Assembly: GCF_020745735.1 (NCBI RefSeq)
Contig: NC_083403.1
Span: forward strand, 126,312,526 to 126,376,525
DNA: 64,000 nt
Direction of reading: 5' to 3'
From: Hemiscyllium ocellatum
Lineage: Eukaryota
Shown: piece after piece, positions 13,361 through 25,476 of the stretch
Position numbering within the stretch: the stretch's first letter is position 1
Layout of the letters: each line of letters begins with the position of its first letter
The notes under the pieces: generated by a model
What the model saw: only the letters and a program-made list of their open reading frames with translations
Told to the model about the DNA's origin: nothing
Database searches by the model: none
Made by a program: the position numbers and the translations under genes

Positions 13361-14159
13361 TGAAAATCATGGATAAAAATGCTCTCAGCACAAAATACCT
13401 CCCCAAGCCACTGGAGCGCATATTGGGAATTTCAGCGAGAATCCTTACAAGAGGTTCAACCAAGAAGAATACAAGAATGAATGCATAAAGGGGTGTGTTC
13501 GTTTTGGCTCACTGGTAGCACAGTTTTCAGCCATCTCAATCCTGGGTTTCTGATGCAAACTTTAATGAAGATTGGATGTCTGCTTCCCTCCCCACACCCC
13601 CACACCTCCCTTACAGACTCACTCTATTTCCCAACTGGAGATGCTGGAAATCTGAGCCAGAAAATGTTGGAAATGCACAGAATCTGTGGAAAGAGAAATA
13701 GAACTAGCATTTCTGAACAACAAATCTTCACCATCAAGCTTATCAACCCATTTCCTATTTGCCTGATGTGCTCCGTTCATTTCTGGCTGGGTTTGTCCAG
13801 AACACTGCCAAGTATCCTGCTTTGTTGAGGGGCGGGGGAGTTGCTCATTTGGAGCTCTGCAGCATATTTGTCTAGGGAAGCCAAACCAGGCACCAAGGTT
13901 CAACAGGCCACACCATCCACTCTGTACCCTATTGTACTGACCTCATAGTGCTCATATGGTGGTGAGCAATCACTAGCAACTGATCACCTTCTATTTCTCC
14001 TTTCTCCAGGGCATGAAGCATCCATTAAGGATCAAGTCACTCCCTTGGATATTTAGCCCATATTACAATCACATCAAACTCCAGGGAATTTGCAAAGAAG
14101 GTTCAGAAACATGCTCTCAGGAACGAGAGACATCAACTATGTCCTTAAAACAGAACTGA

Positions 14160-14330
14160 TAAAGAAGAGTTTTAAGACTGGTGTTCAAAATCGTCAAAGG
14201 TTTTGATAAGGATAAACAGAGAAACTGTTTCCATTGGCAGAAGAAGTCACTAGAGGACACAGATTTAAAGTATTTGAGAAAAGAACAAGAGGTATCAATT
14301 GGAAAATTATTTTAAAGCATTTTTACACAA
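14160..14330 (+). mobile_element. CR1 LINE 3' fragment, degraded
   Basis: KGFDK..REKLFPL..EVTRGHRFKV motif. Confidence 0.6.
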
Positions 14331-14552
14331 TGGCCCACTGCAGCAGCGATGCTAGGTACATTGTACCTGTGTCTGAGAATCCTCCCGACCTAACAGGACC
14401 TCCCACTGGCAGCTGTGGAAACAATGTGCAGCACAGCAAATCGAAGTGGTTCATTGGAGAGGAGCAATTTCAGGATAAAGATCCTTCCATTAATGGTATG
14501 AATTGGTGTAATCTGCCAAGTCAGTTTAAGAGCCCACGTTTCGAGCGAGGGT

Positions 14553-14630
14553 TAGTGAATAAGTAATTGAGTGAGTGAATGGGTGAGTGGATGAGTGGGT
14601 ACGGACAGTGGGTAGATGAGTGGGTGATGT
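14553..14630 (+). repeat. Degenerate (GAGT/GGGT)n microsatellite
   Basis: GTGAGTGAATGGGTGAGTGGATGAGTGGGT... Confidence 0.6.
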
Positions 14631-14867
14631 GGGGGCATCTTCCCAGATAACTCCTGGTACTTTCTGGTGTTTGTCACTTTGACCAGTAAGTGGTACTGGG
14701 TAGAAACATGGGAACAGGAGTGCGTCCATTCAGCCCATCCATTCTGTCCTACTATTGCATACAATCATGGCTGATCAATGACTTTTACTTACTCTATCTC
14801 TATAATCCTTTACACCATTCATCATTAAATCTCAATGTTGAACATAAACAGAGACTGAGCTTCCACA

Positions 14868-16337
14868 CATAGAGATATACAGCAAAGAAACAGACCCTTC
14901 AGTCCAGCTCGTCTATGCCGGCCAGACATCCCAACCTAATCTAGTCCCATTTGCCAGCACTTGGCCCATTTTCCTCTAAACCCTTCCTATTCATATACCA
15001 ATCCAGATGCCTTTCAAATGTTTCAATTGTACCAGCCTACACAACTTCCTCTGGCAGATCATTCCAAACACACAGCACCCTCTGCGTGAAAACATTGCCC
15101 TTTAGATCTCTTTTAAATTTTTCCTCTCTCACCCTAAACCTATGCCCTTGAGTTCTGGGCTCCCCCATCCCAGGGAAATGACCTGGTCTATTTATCCTAT
15201 CCATGCCCCTCTTGATTTTATAAATCTCTGTAAGGTCACCGCTCAGCCTCCAACATTCCAGGGAAAACTGCTCCAGCACTTCCCTATAGCTCAAATCCTC
15301 CAACCCTGGCAACAGCCTTATAAATCTTTTCTGAACCCTTTCAAGTTTCACAACATTCTTCTGAAAAGAGGGAGACCAGAATTGGTCTCCATATTCCAGG
15401 AGTGATCTAACCAAGGTCCTGTACAGCCACAGCATGACCTCAAAACTCCTATACTCATTGCACTGACCAATAAAGGAAAGCTTAACAAACACCTTCTTCA
15501 CTATCCTATCTACCTACGACTCCATTTTCAAAGAACTATGAACCTGCACTCCAAGGTCTCTTTGTTCAGCAACACTCCCTCAGACCTTACTATTAAGTGT
15601 ACAGTCCTGCTCTGATTTGCCTTTCCAAAATGCTGCACTGCACATTTGTCTAAATTAAACTCCATCTGCCACTCCTCAGCCCATTGGCCCATCTGATCAA
15701 GATCCCGTTGTACTCTGAGGTAACCTTCTTCACTGTCCACTACACCTCGTTTTGTTGTCATCTGCAAATTTACTAACAATACCTCCTATGTTCACATCAA
15801 ATCATTTATATAAATGACAAAAAAACAGCAGACACAGTATCGATCCTTGTGGCACTCCACTGGTCACAGGCCTTCAGTCTGAAAAACAACCTTCCACCAC
15901 CACCCTCTGTTTTCTACCTTCAAACCAGTTCAGTAACCAAATGGCTAGTTCTCCCTGTATTCCATGAGATTTAACCTTGCGAAACAATCTTCCATGGGGA
16001 ACCTTGTCGAATGCCTTACTGAAGTCCATCTAGATCACATCCACTGCTCTACCCTCATCAATCCTCTTAGTTACTTCTTCAAAATAACTGAATCAAGCTT
16101 GTGAAACATGATTTCCCATGCACAAAGTCATGTTGACTATCCCTAATCAGTTCTTGCCTTTCCAAATACATATAAAACCTGTCCCTCAAGATTCCCTCCA
16201 ACAACTTACCCACCACTGATGTCAGGCTTGCTGGTCTGTGGTTCCCAGGCTTTTCCTTATCACCTTTTTAAAATAATGGAAACCACGTTAGCCAACTTCC
16301 AGACTTCCGGCATCTCACCTGTGACTACCAATGATAC
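14868..16337 (-). mobile_element. CR1 LINE 3' half (RT pseudogene), nested
   Basis: ORFs 15037-15501 and 15528-15779 give LYRTLVRSLLEY..QFWSP, QRDLDQMGQWAEEWQMEFN; same family as 31920-33400. Confidence 0.9.
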
Positions 16338-17139
16338 AGAATTCCAAATGTTTACCACCCTCTAAGTAAAAAAATTCCTTTTTTCTCAGTCCTAAATGAT
16401 ATCCCCTTTACTTTTATATCGTGCCCCCTAGTTCTAGATTCCCAACTAGAGGAAACATCTTTCTTACAGCTACCTTGTCTATCCCTTTAGGTATTTTGGA
16501 AGTTTCAAACTGATCATCTCTCATTCTTTAAAACTCTAGAGAATATTGACTCAGTTTGATCAATCTCTCTTCATAGCACCATCCCACCATCCCGGGAACA
16601 AGTTTGGTGTACCTTTGTTGGCACTCCCTGGCTGACAGTAATATCTTTTCTGAGCGAAGGAGGCTAGGTTTGTACACAGAACTCTGGGTTCTAATCAAGT
16701 TCCTGTACAAATGAGGCAAGACTTCAATACTCCTGTATTCAAATGCCCTTACAATAAAGGCCAACATTCCACTAGCCTTCCTAACAGCTTGCTTATTGAC
16801 AAGGTGCTTAAAGTCTCTTTGCACATTTATATTTTCCACCATTTAAGAATACTCTGCACACCCGTTTGTTACATCAAAGTAGATAACTTTGCTTATTTTT
16901 TGCACATTATATTCCATCTGCTATTTTCCTATCCAATCAATAAGCCTGTCTAAATCACCCTGAAAACATTTTATATCTTCCTCATTCTTTGTAAATGATA
17001 AATCTGTAAATTTGGGAATATAATATTTGGTCCCCACGTCCAAATCATTGCTGTATATTTTTAACAGTTGAGGCCTGAATGCTGGTCCTTATGGTCACCC
17101 ATGAGTCACAGTCAATGTGAGAATGGCCTATTTATTCCT

Positions 17140-17354
17140 GATTTGGAGATGCTGGTGTTGGACTGGGATGTACAAAGTTAAAAATCACACAACACCAGGT
17201 TATAGTCCAACAGGTTTAATTGGAAGCACACTAGATTTCGGAGCGACGCTCCTTCATCAGGTGATTGTCTCCTGTTGAAGGAGCAATGCTCCGAAAGCTA
17301 GTGTACTTGCAATTAAACCTGTTGGACTATAACCTGATGTTGTGTGGTTTTTAA
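17140..17354. mobile_element. PLE-terminus fold-back insertion (family A), two opposed hammerhead motifs, perfect 12-bp TSD
   Basis: Antisense arm 17140-17265, sense arm 17271-17354; TSD CTATTTATTCCT at 17128-17139 and 17355-17366. Confidence 0.9.
17229..17263 (-). ncRNA. Minimal type-I hammerhead ribozyme motif
   Basis: CAC-CUGAUGA-A-GGAGC-GUC-GCUCC-GAAA-UC-UA-GUG: intact core, 3-bp stem I, 5-bp stem II; loop III palindrome lost. Confidence 0.7.
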
Positions 17355-17673
17355 CTATTTATTCCTACTCTCTACTTTCTGCCTGCTATCCCAGTTATTA
17401 ATCCGTGCCAATACATTACCTTCTATCCAAACTGCTTTCATTTTGCTAAACAACCTCCTGCCAGGGATTTTATCAGAAGTTTTCTGAAAGAAAGCAATAT
17501 ACTACACCTAAAGACTCCGCTTGGTCAATTTTGTTAATAACACTTGCAAAAAATCCTACAAGTTTGTCAAACAACGATTTTCCCTTCACAAATCCATGCT
17601 AATTCTGGCCAATCAGATCATATTCATCTAAATGTTAATTTACCTTTATGATAAATTCAAGCATTTCTCTACA

Positions 17674-17955
17674 GTTTAAGGTGAGACAGGAAAGAGTTAA
17701 AAGGGACCTAAAATGTAATTTGTACATGGAGATGGTGGTGTGTGTATGGAATGAGCTGCAAGAGGAAGTGGTGGAGGCTGGTACAGTTACAACATTTAAA
17801 AGACACCTGGATGGTATATAAAGTGAATAGGAAGGGTTTAGAGGGATATGGGCCAAGTACGGGCAAATGGGACTAGATTAATTTAGAATATCTGGTTGGC
17901 TTGGACGAGTTTGACGAAGGGTCTGTTTCTGTGCTGTACAACTCTACGACTGTAT
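17674..17955 (+). mobile_element. CR1 LINE 3' fragment, nested
   Basis: FKVR...VWNEL.EEVVEAGTVTTFKRHLD and CR1 3' UTR. Confidence 0.85.
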
Positions 17956-18218
17956 GTAAGGTCAATAGTTCCTGGTGTTTTTCTCTTGTTCTGATTTTAA
18001 ACAGCAGGGTGACATTTACAAGCAGTCAATCCGTAGGAGTCATCCCAGAATCTATAGAATTTTGGAAGGTGATTGACGATCTCTATAGCCATATTCTTCA
18101 ACACTCTGGGATGTAGACTATCAAGTCCTGGAGACTTGTCAACTTTCAGTTTCATTAATTGTTCCAGTGCAACATTCTTACTAGTTTCCTTCAACTCTTT
18201 GTTCTGCCTAGTCACTCG

Positions 18219-19276
18219 TGTTATGAAAGGGAGGTCGACACTCCTCTGATAATTAAAACTGAGAAGCTTGCCTCACCTCGTAATCTGATAAAGAAGTGAA
18301 CCAAGTGGTATGACCTAGCTCTCACCCCCCACTCTATTATATACGAGTGGTTAAGTGAAATGAAATCCTTTTAAAACTGAGCAATTCCTCTCTAACTACC
18401 TATCCCCAAACAAAACAGAATTCTAATAGGATGCTGTTTGAATAAATACAAGTTCCAGCAGCAAAATTAAAATGCAGACTCTCAAAGTACACATAAATTG
18501 CATCTTCTGAAATGCTCCTCACCCTCTCTGCTGATTTTCTTTCCAAAAAGCCCTTGCTCTGTACAAAATGTCTTCTCCGACATTATTTGGAGATGTCGGT
18601 GTTGGACTGGGGTGTATAAAGTTAAGAATTACACAATATCAGGTTATAGTCCAACAGGTTTAGTTGGAAGCACACTAGCTTTCGGAGCATCACTCTGAAA
18701 GCTAGTGTGCTTCTAATTAAACCTGTTGGACTATAAACTGGCGTTGTGTGATTCTCCGACATTCATATCAATGTAATTAAGATTATTTACATTGTGCTTT
18801 CCCTAATACATAGATGGCTGAGAGACAATTTTTCTCTTGAGAGCTGAGACTCTTAACTCTGGTGAATGGCAGTTAGATCTCCCCAAATTTTCAAAATGCC
18901 CACATCTCTTATATCCTTGATGACTTGCTAATTTCTTTACAATCAGATTGGTTCTCAGTCATCGAAACTATCAGGTTTAAATGTGATTGGTTTTCAGTAT
19001 GTCAAGGCTTGGCATTAAATTGATTGGCTAAATTTGAAAAGACTTGTTTGCTTGGTAAAAATGCTGCTTAGCTGTTTGATACAAAATGTTTCACTTTGGG
19101 TTCTGTTTGTGCACCTGTACTTTAAACTGCTGTTCAGATATCCATTTTAACTCTGAGCCACCAAACAAAAATCTTTTCAAGGGACCATGCAATGCATTTC
19201 CCCCCCATTCGATTTTTTACACAAACTTTTGCTTTCTACCTGGCACTTCATGAGTACCCTACACAACTTTGTAACA
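18219..19276. mobile_element. Solo-LTR-like element
   Basis: TGTTATGAAAG...CTTTGTAACA inverted ends; flanks CTCG / CTTG (4-bp TSD with a CpG transition). Confidence 0.6.
18585..18751. mobile_element. PLE-terminus fold-back insertion (family A) folded at hammerhead stem II, perfect 12-bp TSD
   Basis: Palindrome centred on TTTCGGAGCATCACTCTGAAA; TSD TTCTCCGACATT at 18573-18584 and 18752-18763. Confidence 0.9.
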
Positions 19277-19849
19277 CTTGAGTGAGGGTTGTTTGAGGTA
19301 ATTTGTTTCGATTCCTCTTTATCTTGGAGCCTATCTAGTGATTAGTGGTAGAGAATACACCGTGAGGTATAGATACAAAAGCATTTATTGTATGATGAGA
19401 ATGTTTGATCAGGCATAAGCACTTGGACCTTCGGGAGATGGTGCAGGTACAGTTGCTCCCACTGAAAGCTAGTGGAGCAATGCTTGCCTCCACTCACAGA
19501 TTGAGTGTAATGTCAGTAGAATGGGTGGATCCAATGTTATGTTAATATTAACCTTTTGGAGCCAATACTTGATGCAACAGTGGATTCATGAGTAATCAGG
19601 TGGTTGGAAGAACAGTCAGGTTGTCTCGGGTGAGCGGGTAGTTGAGTTGGTTGGGAGGGTGCATGAGGCAGTTACATTTTAGTGGGCGGTTTCGGGTTGG
19701 GTCAGGGGATAAGGCCAAGTGGTGGTCAGTTCAGCTCAGGAGGGCAGTCAGTTCCCGGTTGGGTAAATATGATTTGCAGTATAGCTCAATGGTCAGGATG
19801 TTAGTTGGGTTTTTTGGGGCGGGATCTCTAGGTTTGGTAAGTGCACAGT

Positions 19850-20391
19850 GAAAATTACCTGGATTAAGTTCGCAAGGTTGACTACCAGGTTTAAAACAGG
19901 CAAAAAAATTATTCACAAAATTACACAATGAAACACGAAGAACAGAAAAAAGAACCCCTACAGAACTCAGTTTCAGAAAACTAGACTTAACTATCTTGTT
20001 CCGAATATACACAACAGTCCCAGTAAGCAAACCCCCTTTAAAACACAATACAAAAAAGGGTCAGATGCTTACAGGTTGAAGTTAGGAGGGCAGAAGAGAG
20101 TCCAGAACTCCCAACCAGTTCTGGACTGAACTGAACTGCTCAGCTCAGCTAGAGAGCTGACCACTCCCCTTTCATTCTACAGGTCACTTCTAAAACATGA
20201 CCACTTTGGCCTGAAGTCTCATCTGTTTACATTTAAACAAAAAGGCCTCTCAAAATCCTTTTCATTTCTGTACCAAAACAGACTGATTGGAGCCCCTCCT
20301 GGATTATTATTCCTCTGAAAAAAATCACGGACATAGTAACCTTGAGCCAACGAACAGCTTTTAGGAAAAATAAAAGACTAGCTTTGTGACA
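19850..20391. mobile_element. LTR-like fragment
   Basis: Ends CTTTGTGACA; organisation resembles 18219-19276 and 41190-41796; other end not visible. Confidence 0.4.
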
Positions 20392-23300
20392 TTACTGATT
20401 GACAGGAGATATCACAGAGTGAGAGAGCATCAATTCTAAAATAGTGGAACTGAAATTAGTGTGGATCTCACAGCCGTTCCTGAGATTTCAGGCTTATTTC
20501 TAGATTTCTTTCTAGATTTCTTGAAGTTATTACATTTTAGTAGTACCAGACTTTTTTTTTGATTCATTTTTAGTTCTTTTCAACTCAGAATTGAAAAAAA
20601 AAGCCAAAAAATAAAAAAAAAAACCCATATGTGATTTTTTTTCAAATAGAGTTTTGTTAATAGACATTTTTTTGATTCTTCAGAAGTGAGTTAAGGTTAA
20701 GTTAGGACATCGAATAGAATAGACTATCCTTTATTGTCACTTGTACCCCAGTTCAGATGTAAAGGAATACAGTGAAAAGTTATTACAATGGCTGCCTTTT
20801 ACTGGCACCAAATTAGGTACAAGTATCTAGGTACAAATCATTCAGAGTAAAGAAAAAGTCTTGTTGCACAAAAAGAGAATTAAAATAAAAGCAGTAGCAT
20901 TATAAGATTGGTGCAGAACGTTGACTGACCACAGTGAAATTCTTCAGAAATCTGAGCTCATTAGGTTCACTTTCTGAAAGCAATTGCATATGAAGAACCC
21001 ATATAATCCCTGTTCCAGGTGAAAGACCAAGATTGAGACCTGGAACTCCCCCCACCACCACCAAAAAAAGGGAAGATCAGTGGATCCAGTAATGTTATCT
21101 GCAAAATTACAAAAAGGTCTGTACAAAATAGCACAAAAACAAAAAAAAAACACATTAAGCAACCATTGAGTTTAATAACTGAGGTTTCTATGTGCAGAAT
21201 TCGGAAGGAAGACCTGTTTATTCCACTTGAACACCAGTTCTGCTCCTTTCCTGGAAACTTGTGGCTCGAGTCACCATTATTCTCCTTTGGTGAAAAGTTG
21301 ACCTTCATTGTCAGGTGTATAATGCCAAGTGTTTGTTCCTGTGCAAAAGACAATGATTCATCTCTCTCTCTCTCTCCAGCAATACAAGCTGAAGCTACCC
21401 GCTACTTTGTTAACTCAGACATGCCCAGATTATAGTGAGTGAATCATATTCTGCATTGTGTTGTTTACAGTGCACGGACAGCATCCTCCCTCCATGTGGG
21501 AGAGATTACAAGGCCATTGTCTGAAAGTTCAGGTAATTACATTACAATATGAGACAAAAAAAGTGACCTTGAGCTAACATCAGCGTGTCCTTGTGTCACT
21601 GACATTGACAATACTGTACAGCTGTTCACCAAGAAATTATAGTTGGAATGATTCCATCATTTTTCAATGGAGCAAGGGATGGAGAGTTATCCCAGTGTGA
21701 ATATATATTTCAACAACCCTAGCTCTGAATACATTTCGTCTGTTCTTGATAAAGTGGAGGATGAGAAAAAAAAATGTTAAGCCTGCAAAGTTGGCATTAT
21801 TATACAATAAAATCCATCGTATGCACATGAGAAAAACATAACATTAATCCTGACTGTTCCCGGAGTAGATCGATCTAAAATTCAATACCCGCTGTGCGTT
21901 TTAGACTCAGCAGTGCATAGACTGATGACACAGACAACTTAATAAGAGACAGAGAGCTTTCAAACCCGGCCAAGAGCAAGGGTTGGTTAATATTAAAGCA
22001 GTCTATTCCTCTGGGATTATCAGTTTCAGCAAATGACTATCTGGCATCAGTCATTCCTTTCAATGCTTACCTGTTGAAAAGCTATGAAGGACAACAATAT
22101 CTTGAATGCTGCTGACTTGATTATTCCCATAAAACTGAAGCTAAAGCAATATTCTTGCACAAAAGTGATTTTGGACTGTCTTCTGACATGTCACAGTCAC
22201 CGACGTTCACCCCCCCTCCACTTCACAGTTGGACTAACTGTAGATTTTATCATCTGTTACATTGCAGAGATTGAATTTAGGCTGGTGCTTTGTGCACTCT
22301 TGATGTCTGCTTGCAGATCCATCCTCAGGAGGTGCCCTCCCTGTGGTAAATCACATGGTGTCCCTCCAGTCCTGTACATTGATTCTCCAGATTTCCCTGC
22401 ATTCCATGAATGAATGTTTTGGAGTTTACAGATTTAAATTTGCTGTGGTTACCGTTCACTACAATAATTCCAAGAAGCTCCTTTGCATTAATGACGCTTT
22501 GCTGCTTTCAACCTAAACTGGACATAAAACAAATGGTGCCACGCTCATGCATTTGTAGGTCATCTCTGCCCTGGCATCCAGTGCCTCCCAGTTCCCTATG
22601 GTCCCAGTGCATGGAGCCCCCCCCCCCCCCCCCCCCACAATCACCATTGCACGTTGTCTGGGCTGGTCTCCACAATTGCCCTCCACTAGGCATGGTTCGG
22701 CCTGAACGCTCAACACTGCTTCCTACTATCTGACCTGAGTGCTGACTTGACTCAGACCATCGTCAATAAAGACAGTTTTCCACTCATAAAAGGAAAAGAA
22801 ATGTAATAAATCTTATCATCATCTGAAGAAATGTTTCAGTCAGATGCTGAAGTTGAGAGAAAATAGTTAACAATCTATTTGAATAAAATTAGAACAATCT
22901 TTCTAACCTTTATATAAACCTCTTTGTATTTCAACTGATGTGCCACCCACCAAATAACACAGCAAAACTGAAACTATTAGTTAGCAGACGATCCAAGCCC
23001 TAGTGACCCAGGCAGGCTCTGCTGATAATTATCCAAGTGCTACCATGTGATCCAAGCTTTAAGGCATCTATTTGCCCCACTGTTAAGAAGCTAAATCAGG
23101 CTGGGCACAGGTTTTGAGTTTGGACTGATGCTTTGTTCAACACTACATTACACTCTCTGACAAGAGTGCTGACTAAGTTAACATCATCCTTTATGAAGAC
23201 ATTGTGCCACAGATAATTATACCTTAAAGAAAAAAAGTAACAAAGAACTTTTGTCTTGATGAATGCTCGCTTGTACTTTCTCCTTTCATAATAATAAACT

Positions 23301-24839
23301 TTTGTCCTTGCACCTTATTTGATGTGGTGCCAGGTCAGTCACTCCTGTGAGACCTTCGCATAACCCTCACAGATGCACCACAGAATGACACCAGTTACAC
23401 TGATCTTTTCATTTACTCGGGATAGAGCGTTTTGAGCTGCTGGCGCCAGGCAACAACAAAAACAGAAGAGTGTAGGTCCTCACGTGGGTTCATTTGGATT
23501 GCCCCTAACAATACCCTCCATGATAATCCAGACTGAGTTCAAGGTTTAGGTGAGGGGGTAGCTAATTGGTATGGGTCATGTCGCCATTGGCAGCTCCTTC
23601 CACTGGATTTGAACCTCTGCTGCCCACTGATTCATCATGTTGAGGTGTTGCCCATTGACCTCACCTCCACCCTGACCAGCCTACCTGTATAACAATCGAT
23701 TCTGGTTTAAGATTCCTGGCTGGGATCCCACTGGTGAACTTGCCACACACTTCCTGCAGAAGCTGGCTTGGCCTTCACCTACTGGGTCAAGTTGCCAAGC
23801 AGCAATTTCCAAATAAGCTCCAGATGCTGAGTCTCTGAACCTGGGGTGGATCTGCTGCTTGTCCACCATTTACATTTTACACTACCGAGTTTCTTTTCCT
23901 TAGAAATTAATGATCTCCTGAAATGAATTGGAACTTGATACCAGTTTCCTTTTCAGTTTTCTTGGGAGATGTTTCACCTGCACTTCTGGCTCAAGACTGG
24001 GTGGACCACTGCAGAATTTCAGGGACAAAGTATCATGACTTCAGGGGCAAGGTGACTATCTCTTAAAATTTAGAAAAAAGCAACAGATTACAAACGTAAT
24101 TATTTGAACACAATATGTCTAAGATGTGATAAAGCGCTGTATAAATGCAAGGCTTTCTTTCAAATTGCTTGTACTGTGGACAATTAAATTCACAACTGGG
24201 ACTAAAATATCTTCATAACTGTTGAGTTTATTTCCTTTTGGGCAATTTGATGGTATTTATGTATATTGAGCTACAAAGGTGCCTGCGAGTCTATTTGTGA
24301 TGTCATTATGCCAGAGATGATATGTGGCTTTTTACCAAAAAAAACAGTTTTGCCAAACATCTTCTTCAACGAAGTGAGTGGCTGTTTAGCACAGAGTCAC
24401 AGGCATTCTAGGTTAATCATTTAATGCTCATTAATAAAATCATGGAGATTTGAAAGTTCTTTCTTTTTATAATGTCTCCTGGGGGTTTTAATTTACAGTC
24501 AGCTGATTGAGCCTCGCAAGAGAAATTTTGCAATTCTTATAGCTACAGGGTTTCCTGAATCGACAAACATAAAGTCTGATTTCCACAGGTGCTGAGTGTG
24601 TTTCTATGCTAAGAAAGCAAGAGGTAATATTCTGCAGAAACACTCACTGGTTATAAACAAGGGAGCTGTAATGAGTATGGCTGCGAGCAATGAAATATCC
24701 AACCTCAGTTCCAGTATCATAGGTTAGCACAGAAGCTGCTTTAATTTTGGTTTCATCATTTATAGAATTGTTTTGGGCTCAGTTTTGGGCTCTTGGATCT
24801 CTGCGAACAATGTGGGGTAGGCTTTCAACAGTTTTGGAG

Positions 24840-25476
24840 ACATATGATCATCACAGCATCGAAGCAATCCATTCAGTCCATTGGGGTTCATGTTAGATCT
24901 CTGATAAATAATCTATCCAGTCCCATTCTTCTGTTCAATCCCATTGCTGTACAGTTTTATTTCTCCCAAGTGTCCATCCAGTTTCCTTTGGAAAGCATTC
25001 ATTGTTCCTCTTGCATCACATTCGAAACCAGGCCATCATCACTTGTGTAAAAGGTTCTTCGTCACATTCCTCAAACTGTACTTTTGTCCAAAACTCTAAC
25101 CCTGTGTCCCCAAGTCTTTGTATCATCAGCAAATTTAAACAATTTTGTCTACCTATCTCAAACTGTCATAATCTTGAACACCTCTCTCAAATCTCCCTTC
25201 CAATTGGCTCTGCTCCAATGGCAATTCTTTCAACCAAACCTTGGAGCTAAAGTGCCTCGTCTCTGAAACCATTCTGATTAACCACACACATTGGCATATC
25301 ACAAGGATATTCACATTCTTCATAAAGTGTGATGAGCAGCACTGGACCCAGTTCTCTGATTGTAGTCTAATCAAAGCTTCATAAATGTTTAGCATAACAC
25401 CCCTGCTTTTATACTCAACACTTTGAATTATGAAGCCAAAGATCTCAAGTGGTTTTCTAACTTCTCTCTTAATATC
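24840..25476 (-). mobile_element. Old CR1 LINE 3' part (outer member of the nest; continues at ~33401-34400)
   Basis: MLNIYEALIRLQSENWVQCCS (decayed LYKTLVRPHLEYCVQFWS); antisense RT sequence resumes with TGTCCTGCCACCTTC at 33403. Confidence 0.7.

Larger units (their letters stand above)
14700..18215 (-). mobile_element. Old CR1 LINE (3' UTR through RT) split by three later insertions
   Basis: 3' tail at 14700-14865, resumes ~16338, RT remnants to KVDKSPGLDSLHPRVLK at ~18100-18215; interrupted at 14868-16337, 17140-17354 and 17674-17955. Confidence 0.75.

Noticed and set aside
20550-20625. T-rich/A-rich hairpin resembling a terminator
   Set aside because: Low-complexity poly-T/poly-A juxtaposition
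20967-21353. 128-aa minus-strand ORF / exon after TTTTGCACAG
   Set aside because: Runs through low-complexity A/T tracts, no recognisable domain, no good donor
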